Shown here: piece by piece, positions 25,365-38,676 of the stretch
Layout: every line of letters begins with the position of its first letter
Numbering within the stretch: the first letter of the stretch is position 1
Notes under the pieces: generated by a model
Told to the model about the DNA's origin: nothing
The model's input: only the letters and a program-made list of their open reading frames with translations
Database searches by the model: none
NCBI GenBank assembly: GCA_043228905.1
Contig: JBHGNT010000003.1
Span: forward strand, 16,554,001-16,618,000
Length of the DNA: 64,000 nucleotides
From: Azolla caroliniana
Lineage: Eukaryota > Plantae > Polypodiophyta
Reading direction: 5' to 3'
Translations under genes and position numbers: made by a program

Positions 25365-28300
25365 ATGACGAGACCAACGCACGACCTGGTTACAGACCGA
25401 GCTCGACGCCTCGCCGAACGGCAAAGACGGCGTGAGACTTTCCAGCAAGCAGCGCACGAAATTCGCTCGGATCGTTCGTTCTCCAACGAGATCCGGAGAG
25501 TCGCGGAGGAATCTCTTCGGTTACAGCAAACTCGCGACCAGGACGACGGAAGCGGTCTAAGTAGTCTCCGGGAAACCGAACGCCTCCTCGAGGCGCTGGC
25601 AAGCGGAGAAAACGAGGCAGAAGCCTTTTCAGCCTACGAATCGGATTCCGAAGGGGGATACAGCGTGCACACGAACTACCAGAGCAGCAATGATACCCCT
25701 GGCGGCCCGGAGGACGACGGGTCGGATACCGTGCCGACTCCAGAACCGGAACCGTTCGACCAGGGCTATCCGGAACCGCAAACGGAAGCCGTCAACCCAC
25801 CAACACCGGAAGTGGAAGAAGCAAAGCCACCGACACCAACGAAAGAGCCGGCGAGGGTACCGGAAGAAGAGCCGGTGAAGGAACCGGAAAAAGAACCGGA
25901 GGAGGCACCGGCAAAAGAACCGGAAGTGGAACCGTAGAGAAAACCGGAAAGATATCAACAAACGCCACTAAACCGCGGCCTAATACTGGACGACGACATG
26001 CCGTTCCAATACTCAAAGTATCGCGATGATCCGGACGCGGAAGCGCATGTTCATGCCTTCGAGCAGACATGGGAAGCAAATCACGCGTCGCAGCGACTGA
26101 CACCGGAGGAAGAAGAACGCTCGAAGATAGCGGAATTCGGGGTCACGTTGGAAGGACCAGCGGCACGATGGCGGCGGACGCAGGACCCGGCGACCATCAC
26201 AACCTTTGCAGAATTAAAAGCAAAATTCTTGCATTTTTTCCACAAGGAGGTCGACCAGACGACAATGGTGGGCCTGTTTTATACGATCCAACAGGAGGCA
26301 GGGGAAAGCATTCCCCAATTCGTCATCCGTTTCCAACGAATGCATAGCCAGCTTGCCCGTGCACCCCCGGAGGAGGAATTACGGACGATATTTTTAAACG
26401 CACTCCGGGAACCGTTACGCACGGTGTGTACGGTGATCGACTTTCGAGGAAGCACCATTGACCAGGTCATTGACCGGGTCAGAGAAATGGAAAAGTCAAG
26501 CTCATGGCTTACACTGGGAGCACTGCAACGGGCGTTACCCACCGATGAAGATCTCCGGTTCCGGCAGGCAATTCAATGCACGATCTGCTTGAATGCCGGA
26601 CACTCGGCAGTGGAGTGCACCATGCGAACCCAGTGTGTGATTTGTCAATCCAAGAGTCATACAACGGACCGGTGCGAGTATAACCTGTTAAACCGACAAG
26701 CACCACCCGTCCGACGGATCGAGCCAAGAAGCAGCCGAGACGAAGATGAAGATCGTTGGCAAAGAATGAACCGGTACCGACCGGCACAGGATGTCCGGTA
26801 CGGAGACAGACAAGAGAATGATGGCCGGTACGGGGATCGGCATGATAACTACGACCGGTATGAGCGCTCGGACCGTTATCGGGAGTCCAACAGACGACAC
26901 GAGCAATACGGCAGAGACCATTCCCCTGGTTACCGAAGGCACCAGGAGGACTACGGCCGATTTTACGATCCACCACGACAGGACTACCGAAATGAAAATA
27001 AGAATAATAAGAAACGTAATTTCAAGAAAAGTGGTCACACTAGGGACCCGGAACATGGAACCCCAAGGAGCCAACCGGCACAGAACGCACCACTCACTAC
27101 GGGACCGACTCCGGCTACCAGCAATGTTGAATCCAGCAATACCCGTAAAGAGTACTGCTACTACTGCAGGCAGGAAGTCCACTATAGTAACCAGTGCCCG
27201 GCAAAGAGCTACGATAAATGACCAGCAGTTAATATGGTGGTTCCGGAAGTGGCGGATGTACAGCAAGTAACCACACGGTCGAAAGGCATGGCCAAAGAGT
27301 GGGAAACACAAGAGGCCATACGAAAACAGGCGACGGAATGGGTGAAGGAAGCCAATGAAAGGAACGTGGCGGACGCGGAACGGCAAAAGGCGAATACCAT
27401 AGGGAGTGCCGGCGGTAGCCACGCAGAAAACGAGACATGGCAAGCACTGCAAGAATGTCAGATCACGTTGCCATTAGGAAGACTCTTGCAGCTTGTGCCG
27501 CGATTTACGGAAGGACTAAAAACGGTCATGACAGACGGTATAGCCCCACCGGCACCAGTCCTCTTCTCGAATCCGGAGGAGGGACCGACGGTGGTGGACA
27601 CTAGTAGTCCGGTGATTACAGCTATTGTCAAAGGGCACGAACTTCCCGGCACAGTAATCGATGGAGGTTCCGGGGTGAACGTAATAAGCCTCCGCACGTG
27701 TGATGCCTTGGGTATACATGAATGGGAGCCATGTCCGTTCTGGCTACGGATGGCGGATACGAGCTCTGTACGGCCGACGGGCATAATACGGAAATTGGAA
27801 GTCACCATAGGAGGTCACACATTTCACATCTCAGCTGTAGTGCTGCAGCTACAGGCGCAAGGCGCGTACCCACTGTCGCTGGGCAGACCATGGTTGAAAA
27901 CAGCACACATCAAGCAAAATTGGCGGAAAAATATGATTACCTTCCGGCGCGGAAAAGCCAAGGTCCGGGTACCGACACAACCACGGACGAGCAACGGTAA
28001 GGAATGCACACCGCTGTATGCGGAATGCGTGAACATGCTTGAAGGGTTGGCAGACGACGAAGAAGCCCAGTACTTGGAGGAACACCCGAAGATCGTACCA
28101 CTCTTCGAGATTGACGTAGCTGAAGCCGTAGCGCCATACTTGCCGCAGCGGGACGAAACCGAAGCCGAACCAGACAAAGATTCGATTCGGGAATTACGGC
28201 AAGCACAGGAAGCGTTGGAACGGGAAATGGCCGTTTCCCAACGGGTAAAAACATCCCAGCTCGACGAAGTGAACCTAGGAAGCAAGGACGAATCAAAGCC

Positions 28301-30719
28301 GGTACACATCGCCAAAGAAATGAAGCCGGAAGATAAAACGGCGATGATCAAACTTCTCACGGAGTTTCGCGACGTATTCGCCTGGTCATACGAAGACATG
28401 CGAGGGCTGGACCCTCAATTATATCAGCATCAGATCCACTTAGGCAAGGACGCGAAACCAGTGGCGCAAAGACGTTACCGAATGAACCCCAACTATGCCG
28501 CCAAAGTGAAGGAGGAAATCGACAAACTCCTAAGAGTGGGCTTCATCCGGCCGGTAAAGAAAGCAACGTGGCTGAGCCCCATCGTCGTCGTCCCAAAGAA
28601 GAACGGTAAAATCCGCGTGTGTGTAGATTACAGGAAACTAAATGCAGCCACAATTACGGATGCATTCCCTCTTCCGTTCACGGATGGAGTACTGGATGCC
28701 GTCGCCGGCCATGAAGTTTATAGCTTTTTAGACGGGTTCAGCGGATACAATCAAATCCGGATGCACCCTGACGACCAGGAGAAGACAGCGTTCGTCACCG
28801 AATGGGGGGTGTTTGTGGCCGTAGTAATGATGTTCGGGCTAAAAACGGCACCAGCAACTTTCCAGCGAATCATCATGGAGATCTTCGGCGAATACATTCC
28901 AGCCTTCATGTAGGTTTTCCTGGATGACTTTGCAGTCTATAGCCGGGAAAAAGACCATTTGCAGCACCTACGGTTATGCCTTGAAAAGTGTAGGTTATAC
29001 CGGCTAAGCTTAAACCCAGCAAAATGCACCTTTGGGGTGTCAAGTGGAATCTTACTGGGACACATTGTAAGTAAGGAGGGCATTGCGGTCGACCCGGACA
29101 AAGTAAACGCGATACTAGGGGCACCGGCGCCGAAAACGGCCAAAGCACTAAGCCGATTCTTAGGACAGATCCGGTGGCACAGCCGGATGCTCCGTCACTT
29201 GGCTGACTTGGCTACACCATTACACACCGCGGTACATCGGACACCGTTCCAATGGACGGATACGGAGGATAAGGCATACAATGCCCTGAAGGTACTTTTG
29301 TCGCAAGCACCCGTCGTGCAGCCTCCGGATTGGAGCAAGGAATTTCATGTGTTCGTTGACGCTTCCGACATCACTATCGGCAGCGCCTTAATGCAACTTA
29401 CGGAGCCTAAATGGTACCGGCCGGTATATTACGCCAGCCGGAAGCTGTCCCAAGCGGAGAAGAACTATTCAACGAGGGAACGGGAGGCCCTGGGCATGAT
29501 CTACAGTGTAACAAAGTTTCGTCATTACCTATTGGGAAGGAAGTTCTCCTTTCATGTGGATCACTCGGCGCTCCTGTACTTAGTGTCCAAGGCGTCCCTG
29601 ACCGGTAAGTTGGCCCGTTGGACCTTGCTGTTGCAGGAGTTCGAATTCGAGATCTTCCACCGGCCCGGTATCCAGCATGCCGTAGTAGACTACCTGAACC
29701 GGTTAGAGTCCGGAGAAAAAGACGACGGAGTATCGGATGAATTCCCGGACGCAGAGTTATTCCGTATCACCCCGGAAACGGCAGCGGACGACACGGTGGC
29801 ATCAGAAGATAGGTGGCTGACAAACATGCACCAGTTCCTAAGCACGGGCCTGCCACCGGAGGAAATGAACCGGGACGAGAGGAAACGACTGGCGGTGCAG
29901 AGCCGCAATTTCTGTCTGTTACGGGACACTCTCTACCACAAGGGAGCAGATGGAATATGGAGACGGGCAGTCTGTAGTGACGAGAAACAAGTAATCTTAC
30001 GGGAAGCACACTGTGGGGTTGCCGGAGGACACTATGCTGGGGAAGCGACGGCAAGGAAAGTATGGCAGAGCGGCTTATGGTGGCCCACGACGTTAAAAGA
30101 CGCCGTCAAGTATGCTAAGGAATGTGACCTATGCCAACGAATGGGCCAGCCTACGGAGCAAGCACGGATGCCACACCAACCGGTACTTCCACTAGAGCCA
30201 TTCCAGAAGTGGGGGTTGGATTTTGTCGGACCGTTCAAGCCACCGGCAATGAGAACGGGTAATCGTTATGTCATCGTGGCAACAGATTATTGCACTAAAT
30301 GGGTGGAGGCTAAGGCCTTGAGAGACAACACCGCGTCATCCATAGCAAAATTCCTGTACGAAAACATTTGGTGCCGATATGGATGTCCGATTGAATTAAT
30401 CAGCGACCAAGGAGGGCACTTCCTCGGCCAGGTAGTGGAAAGCTTAACAACGTTCTATGCCGTGGTCCATAAACGGAGCACACCGTACTACCCACAAGCA
30501 AACGGGTTAGCAGAGTCAACCAACAAAACGCTCCAGAACATTCTCTGCAAAATCGTCAATGAAAACCGGACGGACTGGGATACAAAGCTCCATAGCGCGC
30601 TATGGGCGTACCGAACGGCATACAAAACAAGTATCCGAACAACGCCGTTCCGGTTAGCGTTCGGCTTAGAGGCGGTCATGCCGGTGGAATTTCAGGTACC
30701 AAGCTTACGGACCAACTAG
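25365..30719 (+). pseudogene. pol: gypsy G gag-pol in one frame with three premature stops (25935, 27219, 28911)
   Basis: ORFs 25365, 25998, 27234 and 28959 share a frame; CCHC knuckles, protease VIDGGSG, RT FLDGFSGYNQI and VFLDDF, RNase H VDAS...TREREALG, integrase HHCC and DFVGP...SDQG...LAES. Confidence 0.93.
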
Positions 30720-31121
30720 GGCAAGTCCGGCAACTTGTAGCTCAGCTGGACGACGACAGGCTGGAGGCGCAGATCCAGTTTGAAAGCTACGAGAGGTCCC
30801 GGATCCGGGAAGAGAAAGCACGAGAACCAGTAACGGTCAACCTCAGTGATGAGGAACCGTTACTGGAAGGAGACCGGACCGGAAGCAACTAAACGGGGAT
30901 GCCGGAGTCAGAGAAACAAATGGAGCAGCCGCCTATAGAGCAGCCGGAGCAGCCTCAGTCCCAACCGCAACCACAGCAGCAGCAGCAAGCACATCCGCAG
31001 CAACCACAACCGGAAGAACAAGTGGAAACTCTGGAACAAAGTATTTTGGACAATTTGGGTGAACAATGAAGGGGCCGAGAAAGGTTCGACGTACAAGGTA
31101 CTGTCCCACGGGCGTGCCATG

Positions 31122-31540
31122 TGTTACCGGCCGGCAAGGAGTCCAAAATACGGAGTGAAGGAATTAATTAAGTATGGTTGTAAATAAGCATAGTATGGAC
31201 GGACGGACTGGAAACGGTATGCCGTTCCAGATCCGGACGGATCCCGAATAGGTGCGATAGGCACCATTTTGTACTACGGGCCGGAAACCTATTTAAAGGC
31301 CCGGACCCCATTGTAATCGCAGCGGATAATTAATAGAGCTTATGGTGTTTATACTTCTGTGTTGATTTCCGTTCTGTAATTACTGTTATATCTTACGCGT
31401 GTAATTAACAAAAGCGCTCTAATCGTGTAACCTACGTAAGTCGGTGTAATCGTTGAGTCTTAATCCTATGTCGTAATCACCCTTTGGTGAAGTGTCTCCG
31501 TGACACCTTGTGTTAGGCCTTGTCTGGTCAGAGAATAACA
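31122..31540 (+). repeat. 3' LTR of gypsy G
   Basis: Direct repeat of 24893-25311, followed by the TSD. Confidence 0.97.
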
Positions 31541-34500
31541 ACAGATTGTCGGAAGCCTTATCTACTTGACCATCACCGGACCAGACCTCAACTATTCGGT
31601 CGGCTTGAAATTAGTCAATTCACGACACATCCGATGGTGGAGCACCTTTAGTGCACACAACGATTACCCAGGTATGTCAGCGGCACCAAGGACCAGGGTT
31701 TGCTATATTGGACTCGTGTAGCTGGACAACATGATAGTTACACAGATGTCGATTGGGCTGGAAACGTGGGTAACCGCAGGTCTACATCCGGTTATGTGTT
31801 TTCACTTGGAAGCGCCACGGTGGCCTAGAGTAGTAAGAAGTAGCCAGCTGTTGCACTATTGAGCACAGAGGCCGAGTATCGAGGAGTAGTTATCGCGACA
31901 TGTGAAGCCATATGGCTAAAACGGCTATTGAAGGATCTGCAAGTAGAGGTGTCCGATCCGACGACGATTTACTATGCCAACCTCAACAACATCCAGTTTG
32001 TGAAGAACCCCATCGTCCACGCCTGGACCAAGCATATTGAGGTGCACTATTATTTTGTCTGCGAGCAAGCCCTTTCCAATGAAGTCGAACTGGTGTATGT
32101 TTCGACGAATCGGCAGAATGCCGATATTTTCACCAAACCCCTTTGCCTGGACAAGTTGCGTCAATTTTTGGGTGTGCTTGGCTTGCAACACCTCGACGTG
32201 CCAAATTTGAGGGGGAGACATAGAGAAAGCACTGGAAGAGACTAGAAAGCCGAGTCGAATGAGGAGTTCGACTTTGGGTTGACTGAGGAAGACGAAGAGG
32301 GATACAAGGGAATGTTAGAGCCGAAGCCAACCGAAAAAGGGGGAAGTAAATCCAAGAAGGGCAAGAAGCCCAAGACTTGGACATGGTTTGATGTGGTAAA
32401 GGGCTTGGAGGATGAGAACGAATTGGAGACAACCAATTCGGACAAGACCTGGAACGAATAGGAGGCACCCGATTTGGAAGAGGCGTTTGATTCGGAGGAG
32501 CCGAATCAACAGAAGGCCAAATGGACGAGAAGACGACGGAAGTTAACGCCGACACAGAGGAACCGGCGGGTCGAGAAGCGCCAAAGTCACAACAACGAAG
32601 GAGCTGAGATAGCCTTTATGAGTAGGCCAGCCTACCGAGAAGGTTGAGGTGCATAGAAGCGGACGGGTCATAGGAAGAGGAACCGAACAAGACGAGGAGT
32701 GCAAGCAAGGCGGGAAGTCACCAGGAAGAGCCAGAGGGAAGGACCGGAAAACATTGACACCATGATCCGACCTCAAGTTGAGCTTGAGGGGGAGTGTTGA
32801 GAGAGCAAGCTGAACCTGATCCGGATTGGCTGAGTAACCCATAGCCAGATCGGTATCCGGAACAAAGAGCCGCATCGGTTTCTAGAGATGAGAGCCAGAT
32901 CGGTGTCTAGTTGGTTGCGTCATCGAAGAAGAAGGAAAAGTCATTGCGTAAGGGTGCAGAGAAGGGAGTGTTAGGTTTCTGTCCCTCTTGTGGGAGGAGC
33001 CGACTGTTCGGATGGAGAGCCGACAATCGAAGACAAGGAGTAGCAAACTGGTAAGGTTGAGAGCCGACAATCGATGTGATGGAGAGTCAATTGGGTGAGT
33101 CGATTGAGAGATAGTTGACATGAAGAGTCAACAACAGACGATCGAAGTTGAAGACAAGACCGACTAGTCGGGCCGACCGGAGGGTCGACAACAAGATTGA
33201 CTAGTCAACTAGTCGACTGGAGTCGGCTAGTTGATTGGACTAGTCAACCAGTCGACTGATTAATTGATTACTATTATTAGTATAATAATAGGAATGAAGG
33301 TAGTAGAGGCTACATTTGTAAATAGCCCATATAGGGTATAAGAATAAATACACTTAGGGCAAAACGATAGTTAGATGTAGAATAGAGTCTTCTGTGTGGT
33401 AGAATAGAGAGAGTTGTTGTGAGCCTCTATTTGTGAGTGTGACAGAAGAGAGAGCCATGAGAGAGTTACACAGAGAACAGAGAGAAGAGTGAGTGATTCC
33501 ATAGCTATGTGAGCTTGGATGTTAAGAGCCTTGCGTGGCTAATTCACGCTACATAAAGAGTGTTGTATACTATCTCCTTTGTATTCTCCATTGTATAGTG
33601 GGTCTATTCTCCCATGGTTTCCCCATTTAGGGTTTCCATGGTTTTACCCCTTTAGGGTTTCCACGTAAAAACTCTGTATTTTGTGCATTTTTTGTTTTCT
33701 ATTTTGGCGTTATTGTGTTTTATATTTTGGAAGACCTTCTCATATTCAAAGACTTGTACGAGCCCATCGATAGAGCAGAAATACCCATGAGGGTATTAGA
33801 GTCTGAATGGAAACTTCTAAACAAAAAGGTAGCAACCACCATCAAACAATGTGTCGATGTAAGTGTCCTTCAGCATATGGTGAATGACACAAATGCTTAC
33901 GAGATGTGGCAGAAGTTGTGAGGTCTATATGAGAGGAAGAATGCCCTCAACAAAACATCTTTGATGAGAAAGATTGTGAGGCTGAAATATAGGGACAAAG
34001 AAAGCATAGTGGAGCATGTGAGCATATTCATGGGGTATGTGAATCAACTTGTGGCAACCAAGTTTCCCCTTCAGGATGCAATGTAGGCCATACTGCTATT
34101 GTGTACCCTGTGGACAACTGGGAGAATCTAGTGTTCACTCTTAGCACCTCGTGTCAAGAAGAGAATTTGTGTCTATAGACGGTAAAGACAAACATCTTGA
34201 ATGAGGAGACAAGAAGGAAGGACAAGGGTGTCCTGTCCCAGTCGGAGTCAAACTTGACTCATCATACTGACAAAGGAAGGAACAGATAGAGAAGTCCACT
34301 AAGAAGGGAGAAGTCCCAAGCCAGATCCAAGTCCAGAGGCAAGCTGACATGCTTCTATTGTGGAAAGCCTGGACACTTTCACAAGGACCGCCGAGACATG
34401 AGGAAGGACAAACGTGTTAGCAATAATGTCGAGCCTAGGAAGATTCCTGATGACAAGGGCACTTCAGTCGTGGCTATAAGTGCAGAGGAGATTTTGTTCA

Positions 34501-35067
34501 TTTGTGAGCAAGCAACCACAAATCTTGCAAGTGAAGAGTGCACTTGGGTAATCGATTCGCGTCGAGAGAGTGTTTCTCGACTTACATAGTCGGTGACCAT
34601 GACTATGTAAAGATGGGAGATAATCGAGATTGCAAGATAGCTGGCATAGGAAGTGGATACCTGATGACGTCGATAGGTTGTCGGCTGATCTTGAGGGAAG
34701 TTCAACATGTCCTCGATATCAGAGTAAATCTAATATCGACCGAAAGGTTGGATGACGAGGGCTATAGTGGTATTATCCAAAACGGCAAGTGGAAGTTCTT
34801 TTGAGGAAACCTCATAGTGACCCGAGCATACCCCACTATGCAAGTCCGAAGTGAGTGTGGTAGCCGACTCGAGTGGAGAGTTATGGCATAAGAGGCGAGA
34901 AGGGAATGCACCTGCTGGCCGACCAGGAACTTCTCCTAGAAGTGAGAGGAGTACACTTGGAGAAGTGTGTCGACTGCTTAGTCGGAAAGCAGAATAGAGC
35001 AACATTCCACTCAAGACCACCAAGAAGAAGAGAAGCTACATTGGAACTAGTGCACACCGACGTCTGC

Positions 35068-35515
35068 CATGTTGGGTTTTCCGCCTAGCTATTGCCGGTG
35101 AGCTTCTTGTATTGCCTGCCATGTTGGGTTTTCCGCCTAGCTATTGCCGGTGGGCTCCTCTGGATTCTCCTTTTGTTGTTCTAGTTTTGACACATTCCGC
35201 TCATTTGCCTTCTTTACCCATTTGGTGGCCTGCTTCTGGATGGCTTCTTGGGTTTGCCACTCCGTTGCTTTTCTTTTTGACCTCGTGGTCACTTGTATGT
35301 CTGCGACTTCCGCTACCACCATGTTTACCGTTGGTTGCTTATCGTAGCTTTTCGCCGGACATTGGTTACTGTAGTGTCCCTCTTGTCGGCAATAGTAGTA
35401 GTAAGCCTTCCGGTTGTTGCTGGATTCTGCTTTCGCTCTAGCACCCGGTTGAGGTCCTGTTGTAAGTGCCTGGCCTTGGTCCGGTCGGAATAAGCCATCG
35501 CGGTTGGCTAACAAC
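35068..35515 (-). mobile_element. Internal gag fragment of a gypsy G-related element replacing part of the copia C integrase
   Basis: YYYCRQEGHYSNQCPAKSYDKQPTVNMVVAEVADIQVTTRSK matches ~27150-27400; no LTR or TSD. Confidence 0.88.
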
Positions 35516-36067
35516 CGACAATGGTTGAGAATATAAAGGGTAGTTCGAAGAATAATGCAAGGCCTAAGGTGTTCGAATAGAATACACAGTACAGAAGACC
35601 TCTGAATTGAACGGGCTTGTAGAGACGATGAATTGAACAATCATGGAGAGAGTAACGAGCATGCTCTCTCATCCTAAACTGCCGAAATCCGACTGGGCTG
35701 AAGCGATGTACACGGTTGTCTATCCGATCAACAGGTCTCCCTCAGTGCCACTAAAAGGTGATGTCCCACAAAGGGTGTGGACAGGAAAGGTTGTCACCTA
35801 TCAACACCTGAGGGTGTTCGGATGCATGGTTTATATGCAAGTATCTAAGGATTAGAGGTCAAAGCTTGAGGGTAAGTCAAAAGCATGCATATTCATGGGA
35901 TACTTGGAGGACGAGTTCGGCTATAGGCTATGGGACTTTCTTATCGTCGATAAGAAAGTAGTGAGGAGTCAGGGACGTCGTCTTCTTGGAAGACAAGACT
36001 ATTCAGAACTGGAAGCAACAGAAGTCGGAATCGACTTCCTAGTCAACTCCCACTACCACCGACTTAA

Positions 36068-38220
36068 CTCTTAACTCTTCACGACTTGTCTATGCATTGT
36101 AAGAATTTATATGAGTTATCTCTTGCCGGAAAGATGATGTGTTATGGTTCTCTTTCACATATGCCTTCCTTCTTTACAATTGAAGATATATGCATAGGAC
36201 TTAAGAAATTGGCCTCTCGAAAGGCAAGTGATCTTCAATGTATAAAGGCTGAAATGCTCAAATGGACGGGAAAGGAAGCACATATATGGATAAGCGATAT
36301 GTTTAATGATGCATTGCAACATGGTATGCCGTACGATTGGACTACAAATTGGATCAAACCTTTACATAAAGGTGGAGATATAAATAATGTAAACAACTAT
36401 CGAACCATCATGGTTGGCTCATTAATGGCAAAACTATTTGGATGTATAATGGAATCAAAGATAAGTGTATGGGCTGAAAAAAGTGGTAAGAGAGCTTATG
36501 GACAAGCTGGCTTTCGGAAACACCATAGCACCATTGATCACCTTATCATCCTTCGAGTATTAATGGAGGAAAGTCGCCTTAGAGGTAAAGGTTTATATTG
36601 TTGCTTTGTAGACTTCAAGAAAGCTTTTGATATGGTACCTCGTGAGCATCTTTGGAGGCGAATGGAAGAACTTGAGGTGCCAAGTGAATATATGCTTGCA
36701 ATTTCCCGAATTTATGAGAAGGTTATATGTTGTGTGCGCATGAGAGATAAACTTTCAGATTTTTTCAAAAGCACTATTGGTGTTAAGCAAGGATGCCCAC
36801 TCTCACCAACACTATTTGGTCTATGCATTGATGAATTGGAAGAAATGGTTACCAAGTTTGCAAAGGAAGAATGTGTTGAAGAAGTTGCCATTGGGAATGT
36901 TGTGATTATGCTTTTGCTATATGCAGATGACGTAGTGCTTTTTGCAAATACTTTAGGAGATGCACAAAAGCTTATGAAGGCATTGGAAAAATTTTGCATG
37001 CATACTAAATTAAGTGTCAATAGCTCTAAAACAAAGATTATGCTTGTGAAGAGCCAAAAAAGAGATAAACCATGCATTATGTACAACAATGAGCCACTTG
37101 AATATGTGGAAAGCTTCAAATATCTTGGCCTTGAAGTTCCTTCAAATCATAGATGGAATGAATGTGCTACACGCCGCTTAGAGGCGGGCAAACGAGCATA
37201 CTATGCATTTGAGAACACATGCAATCTTGGAGATATTAAGTGTTGGGTCCTCAAGAAATAACTTTTTGACACTTTGGTGACACCAGTTCTTCTCTATGGG
37301 GTGGAAGTATGGGGCGGTAGCATCCCTAAGTCTACGTGGAAAGAGTTTGAAAATGTCCAAAAGCATTTTCTTACCAAGTTTCTACAAGTTAAGAAACAAA
37401 CGCCCTACACCCTCCTCCTCCTTGAGACGGGATCGCTTCCCATTGAGATCATGGCCATGGAAAGGGTTGTTGAATACATGCTTAAGGTTCAAAAAAGTCC
37501 CTCACATCGACTTCCTAGAATTGCGTGGGAAGCAAGCAAAAAGATCCAAAAGACGCATAAAAGGAAAATTTTGTGTTCCGGTTGGATGCAAGATACAGAA
37601 AAATGGTTTGGTAGATGGGATGCGAGACACTTGCTTCATGATGCATCATTAGATTCCTCTGTAAATGAGGCATTTTTGCAACGCCAATGTATCATGACAT
37701 GGGACAAATGTGGAGGCTCACGCTTCACACATTATACTACACATGTTGCACCTAACTACAAAACCATATTCTTTGCGGAACGGGGAAATCGTACACATCC
37801 ATACATGTTAGAGTCCATACCATTATCTGCCACTCGAACCATTGCTTCCATGCGACTTAGCTCACATGCATTGCGATGTGAAACAGGGCGTTGGGGTACA
37901 AGTGATGAGAGTGGTCGGCTATGCACACTTTGCCCTAAACAAGTTCGCGAGTCTGAGTATCACACTTTGATACAATGCTCTGCCTTTGACCATATTCGAC
38001 CATGCTTTCCACATCTCTTCGATCGAGCCCAATCTTTGCATGAATTCCTCTCACAACCACAATGTGCACTCTCGATTGCAACATTCATTGGTAAAGTTCT
38101 TGAACATCGAGAGTCACTACTCACTTTCACACGTATCACGTGAAATGTAATATTTTTGGTCTCATAGGTCATATTTGATCTCCGAAGACGATAATATAAT
38201 CTATCTATCTATCTATCTAT
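36068..38220 (+). mobile_element. 5'-truncated non-LTR retrotransposon, RTE/RTEX-like, with (ATCT)n tail
   Basis: TSD CTTAA at 36063-36067 and 38221-38225; empty site at ~21527; tail ATCT x5-6 at ~38199-38222. Confidence 0.92.
36086..38143 (+). pseudogene. LINE reverse transcriptase with C-terminal Cys/His motif; one in-frame stop at 37259; no endonuclease
   Basis: NYRTI, QAGFR, FVDFKKAFD, GVKQGCPLSP, LLYADD, FKYLG; ORF 37274 continues in frame; CTLC...H...C. Confidence 0.92.
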
Positions 38221-38676
38221 CTTAAGGCCAAGTGAACCGACACAACCAGTCGGTAGTGCCGAATATGAGTCGGTTGGCTTGGAGCAATTGACTAATACAG
38301 ATGAGTCGGAGTCGCCATATCTATTGAAGTCGATCGAGGAATACGAATTGGAATCGGCTAACCCTGAACGACCGATCAACACATATGAACCCTAGCCAAG
38401 AGTAGAGTCGGCAGAGACATCCAGATTGGAACCAACAATGAGTGAAACGAGATGCCCAATTAGAGAAAAGAGAGAACCAAATACATATATATATGCCAGT
38501 CAATACATCCTCTTAACTGATGAAGGTGAGCCTAAGTGCTATGACGAAACCATCGTCGATGAGCACAAGGAGAAATGGCAGAGTGCAATGCAAGAGGAGA
38601 TGGACTCCTTGCACGAGAAATACACTTACGACTTGGTGGAGCTACCAAAAGGTAAGAGAGCACTCAGAAATAAAGC

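Larger units (their letters stand above)
24893..31540 (+). mobile_element. Complete-structure Ty3/gypsy element G (no chromodomain visible), 6648 bp
   Basis: 419-bp LTRs TGTTA...TAACA with about 5 transitions; TSD ACAGA at 24888-24892 and 31541-31545; empty sites at ~17356 and ~60172. Confidence 0.97.
23591..32915 (+). mobile_element. Copia B (RT/RNase H half and truncated 3' LTR), split by gypsy G
   Basis: 23591-24892 plus 31541-32915 are near-identical to ~58875-61570. Confidence 0.93.
32969..38676 (+). mobile_element. Copia C second copy (PBS region deleted), interrupted by a gypsy fragment and a LINE
   Basis: Colinear with 18577-21983 and 61618-64000. Confidence 0.92.
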
